Source: Verrucomicrobiota bacterium (GTDB lineage Bacteria > Verrucomicrobiota > Verrucomicrobiia > Limisphaerales > UBA9464). From it: DNA of 64,000 bases. Location: the NCBI GenBank assembly GCA_947471985.1, contig CANIZL010000009.1, forward strand, positions 21,810-85,809. Direction: 5' to 3'. Within the stretch, counting starts at the first letter, position 1, and each line of letters starts with the position of its first letter. The notes below the pieces were generated by a model, which saw only the letters and a list, made by a program, of their open reading frames with translations, had not been told where the DNA came from and did no database searches. The translations under genes were made by a program, and so were the position numbers. Positions 57,094 through 64,000 of the stretch are shown piece by piece.

Positions 57094-57762
57094 ATGTATC
57101 GCATTCAAGGCGCGGATCAAAAGGAGTACGGTCCCATCACCGCAGAGCAGGTCCGGCAATGGATCGGGGAGAACCGGCTCAATCGCTTCACCCTGTGTGC
57201 CGGGCCGGAGGGTATCTGGAAGCCCCTCGGACAGTTTTCCGAATTTGCCGATGTGCTGACCGTGGTGCCGGGGGTCGCCGGGGCTTCGCCTGTCACGGCC
57301 TCGGGCACCCCCACGGCCACGGCCACGGGTGGGGGCGGGTCTGGCGACGCTCGTGCGCAGGCCTTGGCCCGCGTCAAGGCGCCGGCCCTGTGCCTGCTGA
57401 TTCTGGGCTGCCTCTCGGCGATTTACTCCTTCATCATGCCGTTTCAATTCAAGTCGCAGATTGCCGCGGTCATGAATCAGCCGGGCATGGACGCGAATGC
57501 ACGAGCCATGCTGGCCAATTTTGCCGCGGCTCCCATGGCGGTCTGGCTGGTCGTGGTGCTGTTCTCTCTGGCCCTCAATGGAGCCATCATTTTTGGCGCC
57601 CTGCGCATGATGAAATTGCGCAGTTTTGGCTGGAGCATGACGGCCGCGATCCTTTCCATCGTGCCCTGTGGCTCGGTGTGCTGCTGCCTGGGTATTGTTT
57701 TCGGCGTCTGGGCGGCACTCACTTTGAATCGGCCGGACGTCAAAGGCCAGTTCCAGGCTTGA
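57094..57762 (+). CDS. GYF_2 (DUF4339) domain membrane protein
   Basis: YRIQGADQKEYGPITAEQVRQWIGENRL..W; C-terminal TMs with a CCC motif. Confidence 0.85.
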   Translation: MYRIQGADQKEYGPITAEQVRQWIGENRLNRFTLCAGPEGIWKPLGQFSEFADVLTVVPGVAGASPVTASGTPTATATGGGGSGDARAQALARVKAPALCLLILGCLSAIYSFIMPFQFKSQIAAVMNQPGMDANARAMLANFAAAPMAVWLVVVLFSLALNGAIIFGALRMMKLRSFGWSMTAAILSIVPCGSVCCCLGIVFGVWAALTLNRPDVKGQFQA

Positions 57763-57766
57763 TTCC

Positions 57767-58204
57767 GTGATCGCCGCACCCACCGCGACCCCCACTGGCC
57801 GCCGGCCGGAACCAGGTTCCACGCTGGGAACGCGGCCCACGTGGGTACCGGTTTGGTTGGGCTTGGTGGGTCTGCTGGCGTTGGTCGTGGTGGGGCGATT
57901 CTGGCCCAATGGACAGTTGTTTTATCCGCAGTGTTTTCTGTTCGTGACCACAGGCTGGCAGTGTCCGGGGTGCGGCGTCACACGGGCGACGCATGCGTTG
58001 CTCCACGGTGACCTGCCGGCCGCCTGGCGCTTGAATCCGCTGTGGGTGCTGTTGTTGCCCGTGCTGACCTGGACCTATGTGGCCTGGGTGGTCAATGACC
58101 TGGGCCGGCGTCGTTGGTTCCAGCCGTTGGCCCATCCCTACGTCATTGCGGCATTGCTGGGCTTGGTCGCGGGTTTTGGCGTGGTGCGGAATTTGTCATG
58201 GTAG
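57767..58204 (+). CDS. DUF2752 domain membrane protein
   Basis: CFLFVTTGWQCPGCGVTRATHALLHGD..AWRLNP; GVVRN near the C-terminus. Confidence 0.88.
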   Translation: MIAAPTATPTGRRPEPGSTLGTRPTWVPVWLGLVGLLALVVVGRFWPNGQLFYPQCFLFVTTGWQCPGCGVTRATHALLHGDLPAAWRLNPLWVLLLPVLTWTYVAWVVNDLGRRRWFQPLAHPYVIAALLGLVAGFGVVRNLSW

Positions 58205-58224
58205 CCTGGCTGGGAAACTGAGTC

Positions 58225-59565
58225 ATGACCCGGACCGCTGCCGTACTGGCCGAGCTTCAGCGCTTTGAATCCCGCAATGTCACCTATCAGGATCCGGCCG
58301 GCGGTTGGCCGATTGTCTGGGAGCGGGCTCGTGGTTGCCACGTTTGGGATGCCGAGGGTCGGCGGTACTTGGACCTGACCGCGGCGTTCGGCGTGGCGGC
58401 GGCGGGGCACGCCAATCCACGGGTGGTCGCCGCCGGACAGCGGCAGATGGCGACGCTGCTGCACGCCATGGGCGATGTGCATCCGCACGGGCTCAAGGCC
58501 CAGCTGGCGCGCCGTTTGTCGGAATTGACCTGGGGTCGATGGCAGCCGGGCGGGCAGGGGAAGGTCCTCTTCGGCAATTCCGGTTTCGAGGCGGTCGAGG
58601 CGGCGCTGAAGACGGCGCGGATGGCTACCGGAAAAGCCGGGGTGGTGGTTTTTGGCGGGGCCTACCATGGGCTGGGTTATGGGGCCTTGAACGTCACGCA
58701 CCGGGAGCATTTCCGGGAGCCGTTTCGGGATCAACTCCGGGAATTCGGTCACTTCGTTCCTTTTCCCGCCGGAGCCACCTGGTCGGAGTCGGCGGACGTT
58801 CTGCCAGCCGTCCGGGCTGCGTTGCAGCGGAAGGATGTGGGGGCGATTTTGTTGGAGCCGATCCAGGCTCGCGGCGGCATCCGTATTCCACATCGACGTT
58901 TTCTGCGGGAACTCCGCAAGTGCGCCGACGACCATCAGGCCCTGCTGATCGTGGACGAAATCTACACGGGATTCGGACGCACGGGCGCTTGGTTTGCCTG
59001 TGAACTTAGCCGGGTGATTCCGGATTTGATCTGTCTGGGGAAGGCCCTGACGGGAGGATTCCCGTTGTCGGCGTGCGTGGGACGGGCGGACCTGATGGAT
59101 GCGGCGTGGCCGGTCTCTCACGGAGAGGCAATTCACACCAGCACCTATCTGGGACACCCGGTGGGGTGTGCCATGGCCTTGGCGCAGATTGCTGAATTGC
59201 AGCGGAAAGATTTACCGGCGCGGGCGGGCGCTTTGGGTGAAGAGCTTGCCGTCCTCTTGCGCGGCTGTTGGCAAAACGTTCGGACGTGTTTACCTCAGCT
59301 TCGCGGGACGGTCAGATCCGTCGGTCTGATGTCCGGTTTGGAATTGCGCAACGCACGGGGGGAACCAGCGGGTCAGGAGTCCGTGTGGGTGGTGAAAGAT
59401 CTGCTCGCCCGGGGCGTGATCGCGTTGCCGGAGGGGGAATTCGGTGAGGTGATTGGGCTGACCCCACCGTTGACCCTCACCCGTGCGGAGATGCGCCGCG
59501 CGGTTCGCGATTTGGAGGCGGCGTTGCGGGCGTTGAGCACGCTGTCGTCCGTTCCGCGGCCGTAA
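58225..59565 (+). CDS. Class III PLP-dependent aminotransferase
   Basis: WDAEGRRYLD, NSGFEAVEAALK, GAYHG, LEPIQ, DEIYTGFGRTG, LGKALTGG (PLP Lys), HTSTYLGHP. Confidence 0.92.
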   Translation: MTRTAAVLAELQRFESRNVTYQDPAGGWPIVWERARGCHVWDAEGRRYLDLTAAFGVAAAGHANPRVVAAGQRQMATLLHAMGDVHPHGLKAQLARRLSELTWGRWQPGGQGKVLFGNSGFEAVEAALKTARMATGKAGVVVFGGAYHGLGYGALNVTHREHFREPFRDQLREFGHFVPFPAGATWSESADVLPAVRAALQRKDVGAILLEPIQARGGIRIPHRRFLRELRKCADDHQALLIVDEIYTGFGRTGAWFACELSRVIPDLICLGKALTGGFPLSACVGRADLMDAAWPVSHGEAIHTSTYLGHPVGCAMALAQIAELQRKDLPARAGALGEELAVLLRGCWQNVRTCLPQLRGTVRSVGLMSGLELRNARGEPAGQESVWVVKDLLARGVIALPEGEFGEVIGLTPPLTLTRAEMRRAVRDLEAALRALSTLSSVPRP

Positions 59566-59583
59566 ACCGGGAGATCGGGAGTG

Positions 59584-59626
59584 GCCCGGTGCGTGGCGCC
59601 GGAATGGGCGCGGAAACGCACCGGGC
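59584..59626. terminator. Hairpin between convergent aminotransferase and secretin genes
   Basis: GCCCGGTGCGT/ACGCACCGGGC 11-bp stem with an inner GCGCC/GGCGC stem. Confidence 0.45.
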
Positions 59627-59636
59627 TCGCGGCTGC

Positions 59637-61886
59637 TTACTTGAGCAGCTCCTGGGTATCTTCCTTCAGCTTCTTGGCCTTCTGCTTGATCTTGGGATCC
59701 GCGGTGACGTCGTTGGTCTTGTAGCCGCTGACGCCCACGGAGCCGGCGGCGAGGTCCCAGGCCCGCGGATTGAGGGCGATTTGCTGAGTCACTTCGCGGC
59801 TGATGGCTTCGCCGTCGCTGGGGGTGGCCACGACGAACGGCCGGCAGATCAGGACCAGCTCGGAGCGGGACTTGGATTTCTTGTCCCGCCGGAACGCGGC
59901 GCCGATGACGGGGATGCGACTGAGATAAGGTACCCCCGATTGGCGGACGTTATTTTCGTCCTCGATGAGACCGCCGATCAGGAATGCTTCGGAGTGTTTG
60001 CCGATGAATGTGCCGCTGACACTACGCGTGTTGACGATATCGACCGGAAGATTGCGGAAACCGTTGCCGTCCGGGAAGGGTATGGTCGCCCCGCCGATAC
60101 GGAGGGACGAGGTTTCCTGCACCAATCGGATGGTGACGGTGCGGTCGGAATTGATGTTGGGGGTTAGGATCAGAGTGGTCCCAACCGGTCGTACTTCCGT
60201 TTTGGGAACGATGGAGGAGCCGATGGCGACGCCGTTGGCATTCAAGGCGGCGGTGCCGGCGGTAAACCCGGTGGTGACGGGAACTTCCTCGCCGACAAAC
60301 ACCTTACTAACTTCATTGTTAGCCACCAACATGGTTGGATTGCTGACGGATTCGACGCGGTTTTTGGTCTCCAAAAACTCCATACGGGCGCGGATACGTG
60401 AGCCGAGGTATTGGAAGACCATGCTGTCCGAACCAAAGCCAGTCCCTCCGGGATTGAAGTTTTGAACCGACGGGGTGGAAAGGCCCGTAGCGGGATCCAC
60501 GGAGGGCGGTATAAAGGTGGGTGGCCTAATCTCGCCGCTATTGAACATGCCGTTCACCCCGGTGCCACTGCCGCTGCGGTCATCCATGCTGTAGTCAAAA
60601 GCCCGGGTCAAACCGTCTCCGAGCTGGATGCGTAGGACGCGAAGATCCAGCAGCACCATGGCGGTAGGAACATCCAGCTTGGTGACTAGTTCCCGGATTT
60701 CCTTCATGGCGGATTCATCCGCGGAGCGAACGAGCAGTTTATTTTGCCGCCGCAGCACGGTCACGTGGATGGTGACGCGCCGACCGGTGGTTGCTTGAAC
60801 GGATTCGGCAATCTGGGCGACATTGTTGGTTTCACCTCCAACGGCCGCGTTGGCTACATCTTGAATTTGGTCAGCCGAAAGCACCTCATTCTGAGCTTTG
60901 ATACGGTCGGCGTCCGAGTTTTGCCGGTAGCCGCGCTGCCCCGCAAGGCCACCCCCGCCGAGCCCGCCGCCCCCGCCGCCGCTAAATCCGTTGTAGCCGC
61001 CTCCGGCAAAGCCGCCGCCCCCACCGCCTCGGGCGCCCCCACCACCACCGCCACCACGGCCGCCCCCACCACCGCTGGTTAGGCCTGAAGCGCGCGAATC
61101 CATAATGTCGAATCGATCCAGCCGCTGCTGCAATTCACCGGACAGGATCTGATCATTCTCATTCAGGCTGACTTCGACCCGGGAGCCGAACAGATCCGCA
61201 ATGGAGTTGGCGATATCAAAGGCGTTGGGATACAGGAGCGTGAATACCTCCGTCGTTTCGTCCCGAAAGGAAGCCAAATCCCGGCGAAATTCCTGCACCG
61301 TAAACACCCGCATGATTCCGAACTCCTCGTCATGGCGAATCCACAAGCCATTCGCGTTGCAGAGGGTCTCCAAGACTTGGGACGCCGGCAAATTCTGGAG
61401 GAAGAGGGTGATCTCCTTGTTCTGCGAGGCCGCCGATGGGGCGATGTTCAGGCCGGTCAATTGTCCGATCGTTCGGGCGACATCACCAAAGGGGACCTGC
61501 CGCAATTCAATCGAGTCAATTTTGCGATCCCGCGGAGGGAGCTTGAGGTATTCCTCCACTTCTGCCGGGGTGGCGTTCGTGCCGTAGCCGCGCACGCGGA
61601 GGCGAATGAGCCCGGTCATGGAGCCGCCAGCGACACTGAGCGCCGGCTTGGGGGCCATCTCGCTAATCAAACTCTGCAGGCCCGCACCCGGCTGGGTCGG
61701 ATCCCGCTGCGCGGTGCCGGTCCGAATGGCGGAGGTGGCCAGCGGTCCGGTGGCGGTGGTGAAGGGTCGATCCGGTCCGGCTTTGCCACCGAGGTTCAGT
61801 TCGACTTGTGCGTGCCCGACCAGCGAGAAGCAAACAGTGGTCCCAATCGGCAGGAGCGTCCGGAGGGGAGGGAGTCTGAGTACCAT
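59637..61886 (-). CDS. Secretin (GspD/PilQ family) of a type II secretion / type IV pilus system
   Basis: N domains; LVTKLDVPTAMVLLD, SNPTMLVANNE..VFVGEEVP, GTTLILTPNI, IGGLI, GVPYLSRIPVIGAAF, ELVLICRPFVV. Confidence 0.9.
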   Translation of the reverse strand: MVLRLPPLRTLLPIGTTVCFSLVGHAQVELNLGGKAGPDRPFTTATGPLATSAIRTGTAQRDPTQPGAGLQSLISEMAPKPALSVAGGSMTGLIRLRVRGYGTNATPAEVEEYLKLPPRDRKIDSIELRQVPFGDVARTIGQLTGLNIAPSAASQNKEITLFLQNLPASQVLETLCNANGLWIRHDEEFGIMRVFTVQEFRRDLASFRDETTEVFTLLYPNAFDIANSIADLFGSRVEVSLNENDQILSGELQQRLDRFDIMDSRASGLTSGGGGGRGGGGGGGARGGGGGGFAGGGYNGFSGGGGGGLGGGGLAGQRGYRQNSDADRIKAQNEVLSADQIQDVANAAVGGETNNVAQIAESVQATTGRRVTIHVTVLRRQNKLLVRSADESAMKEIRELVTKLDVPTAMVLLDLRVLRIQLGDGLTRAFDYSMDDRSGSGTGVNGMFNSGEIRPPTFIPPSVDPATGLSTPSVQNFNPGGTGFGSDSMVFQYLGSRIRARMEFLETKNRVESVSNPTMLVANNEVSKVFVGEEVPVTTGFTAGTAALNANGVAIGSSIVPKTEVRPVGTTLILTPNINSDRTVTIRLVQETSSLRIGGATIPFPDGNGFRNLPVDIVNTRSVSGTFIGKHSEAFLIGGLIEDENNVRQSGVPYLSRIPVIGAAFRRDKKSKSRSELVLICRPFVVATPSDGEAISREVTQQIALNPRAWDLAAGSVGVSGYKTNDVTADPKIKQKAKKLKEDTQELLK

Positions 61887-61912
61887 AGGAGTTGGACTGG
61901 GTGATCGAAAGA

Positions 61913-63136
61913 TTAATGCCGGTTCGGGCCGGAATGGGAATAGAGAGCGAGGAAGAAGGAAATATAAACGTAGCCGACGATACCGCCGACGAAGATAATA
62001 ATCGCTGGTTCAATCAGGGCGCTGAGCTGGCGGATCAAAACCTGCAATTGCTGTTCATAGAACTTTGCGATTTCGTCCAGAACGGAATCGAGGGTGCCCG
62101 AGGATTCGCCGACTGCGACCATGCGGGAGAGCATGGGCATGTAGCCGTGGGGCGTATCGAGTGTCGGGGCAAGGGCGCCGCCAGCGAAGACGCGCTGTCG
62201 GGCCTTGGCTATAACCCCGTTAAGATATCGATTGCTCCCAAGCTGTTCCATCGTCCTTAACGCATCCAGGACGGTGACCCCGGAGCCCAGCAATAAAGCC
62301 AGCGCGCGCGCGAACAGGGCCGTGGCGGCCACCCGGATCACTTTGCCAAACAAGGGGAGCCGGAGTAGTGCTCCGTCGATGCGGTAGCGCGCTTCCGGCA
62401 CCGAATAGGCGAAGTACGCTACCAACGGGAAAACCGCGAGGATGGTCGCCAAGGTGACCCCGTGCAGCTGGAGCCAGGTCGAGAGGTCGATCAGTACCTG
62501 CGTTGAGGGCGGGAGTTTCCGGCCCAAGGCATTGACGAATAGTTTCAGCTTGGGGATGACCCCCACCAGCATGAAGGCGGTCACGCCAATAGCGGCCACC
62601 AGCACGATTCCGGGGTAGGTCAGGGCGGTGATGACCTGTTGGATTAGTGTGCGACGGCGCTCCATGGCCTCGGACGCCCGGACCAGCACAATTTCCAGAT
62701 TGCCGGTTTGTTCGCCGACGCGGACCAACTGGATCGTGAGGTTGTTAAAACACTTATGCTCGGCAAGGGCGTCGGCAAAGGTGGAGCCTTCCTGAACCCG
62801 CTGAATAATGCGCTTGAAGACGCGCTTGAGTCGCAGACGCTCGGCATTGTCCCCGACATTGGTCAGGGCGCTCAGCAGAGTCAGCCCGGAGCGCAGCATC
62901 ACCGCGAGCTGCTGTAGGGAAAGTTCCACGTCCACCGAGCGAATGCCCAGCCAAGCTGCCGGATTCAGGGCATCCCCGAAGGATAGCGGATTGATGGTCG
63001 ACGTGGCCTGGATGTCGAGAACGAGCCAGCCCTTCTGCCGAAGTTGAGACGCCAGATCCGCCGGGGAGGCGGCGACCAAGGTGCCGCGCTGGGATTTCCC
63101 GGATCTGTCCCGTGCGGCAAAAGTAAAGGCAGGCAT
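61913..63136 (-). CDS. Type II secretion system F family (GspF/PilC) platform protein
   Basis: QLAVMLRSGL, VGEQTGNL, LTYP, VGESSGTLD, LIEP. Confidence 0.93.
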   Translation of the reverse strand: MPAFTFAARDRSGKSQRGTLVAASPADLASQLRQKGWLVLDIQATSTINPLSFGDALNPAAWLGIRSVDVELSLQQLAVMLRSGLTLLSALTNVGDNAERLRLKRVFKRIIQRVQEGSTFADALAEHKCFNNLTIQLVRVGEQTGNLEIVLVRASEAMERRRTLIQQVITALTYPGIVLVAAIGVTAFMLVGVIPKLKLFVNALGRKLPPSTQVLIDLSTWLQLHGVTLATILAVFPLVAYFAYSVPEARYRIDGALLRLPLFGKVIRVAATALFARALALLLGSGVTVLDALRTMEQLGSNRYLNGVIAKARQRVFAGGALAPTLDTPHGYMPMLSRMVAVGESSGTLDSVLDEIAKFYEQQLQVLIRQLSALIEPAIIIFVGGIVGYVYISFFLALYSHSGPNRH

Positions 63137-63142
63137 GATAGG

Positions 63143-64000
63143 TTACCAAGTGGCCACCACGGCGCGAACTTCTTCCAGCGTGGTGAGTCCGGCGGCCGTT
63201 TTGTCGAGGGCGTCGTCAATTAGGAGCGGCAGCTGTCGCCGCTTCATTTCGCTGATGAGGTTCATTTCTTGAGCCCCATTGCTGATAATCTCGGACCAGG
63301 ATTCATCGAGCGCGAGGAACTCGAACAGGGCGATCCGGCCCACGTAACCTCGACCGCCGCAGTACAGGCAGCCAGCCTGCCGAAAACCACGGCGACCGGC
63401 GATATCCGCCCGGTTCAAGGATAGGGCGTCGGCGGCCGTGTATTCGAGCGGCTGGCGGCAACGGTGGCACAACCGGCGCACGAGACGTTGCGCGATGGTG
63501 AGTCGCAGGGTGCTGGCCACCAAGTAACGCTCGACTCCCATGTCGCTGAGTCGGGTTACGGATCCGGCCGCGGTGTTCGTGTGCAACGAACTGAAAACGA
63601 GATGGCCGGTCAGCGAGGCCTTCACGGCGATACCGGCGGTTTCCGCATCGCGGATTTCGCCGATCATCACCACGTCCGGGTCATGTCGGAGAATACTTCG
63701 CAAGGCGCCGGCAAAAGACGTCTTGTCCGCCGAATCCACGGCCACCTGTGCAACCCCGGAAATATCGTATTCCACCGGATCTTCCACGGTGATGATATTG
63801 AGCGCCTCCAAGGCCAGCAGTCGTCGGATGGCGGCGTACAGTGTGGTGGATTTACCGGACCCGGTGGGTCCGGTCAGCAGGATCATGCCGTAAGAATTGC
63901 CCAAGGCCGCCTCGAAGATGGCCATCTGGGGTGGCGTCATGCCAAGGCGCTCCAAAGTCAGACTGCCGGTCTGCAACCCGAGGAGACGCATGGTGATGCG
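63143..64000 (-). CDS. GspE/PilB family assembly ATPase, 5' end outside the window
   Basis: GPTGSGKS Walker A, TVEDPVEY, LRHDPDVVMIGEIRD, TGHLVFSSLHTN, CHRC/CLYC zinc motif. Confidence 0.95.
   Translation of the reverse strand, partial: RITMRLLGLQTGSLTLERLGMTPPQMAIFEAALGNSYGMILLTGPTGSGKSTTLYAAIRRLLALEALNIITVEDPVEYDISGVAQVAVDSADKTSFAGALRSILRHDPDVVMIGEIRDAETAGIAVKASLTGHLVFSSLHTNTAAGSVTRLSDMGVERYLVASTLRLTIAQRLVRRLCHRCRQPLEYTAADALSLNRADIAGRRGFRQAGCLYCGGRGYVGRIALFEFLALDESWSEIISNGAQEMNLISEMKRRQLPLLIDDALDKTAAGLTTLEEVRAVVATW

Overview
GC-rich, gene-dense 64 kb fragment of a PVC-superphylum bacterium, most likely a Verrucomicrobiota (Pedosphaerales/Limisphaerales-like). This placement is inferred from the DUF1501/PSD1 pair, planctomycete cytochrome c domains, a PEP-CTERM protein, a GYF_2 protein and an orphan prepilin-like protein. 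About 50 CDSs are supported; most other ORFs in the supplied track are antisense or out-of-frame shadows. Housekeeping and accessory content: partial clostripain-family peptidase (absent from the track), double sialidase-like protein, hydrolases, ActP-like symporter with DUF485 partner, sugar catabolism genes, LysR, PhyH, recJ, a specialised Hsp70, CstA, acyltransferase, ECF sigma/anti-sigma, DUF2723 glycosyltransferase, purA, M3 peptidase, rhomboid, class III aminotransferase and the end of a T2SS/T4P operon (secretin, F, partial E). No rRNA, tRNA, CRISPR array or intact mobile element was seen. The standout is a compact redox cluster at 37.6-44.5 kb. It encodes a membrane-anchored FAD/NAD(P)H-[2Fe-2S] reductase, a cyclic-nucleotide-binding 4x[4Fe-4S] ferredoxin, a ferric-reductase-like di-heme b membrane protein, a membrane-anchored decaheme cytochrome c and a divergent secreted tetraheme c554-like protein. 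I interpret it as a possible cNMP-gated trans-membrane electron conduit. Other notable items: a candidate ~110-nt sRNA upstream of recJ, mutually exclusive hairpins upstream of purA, a CstA fused to its YbdD/YjiX-like partner, and a membrane protein with primase-polymerase-like motifs. All family assignments come from motif recognition, not database searches.
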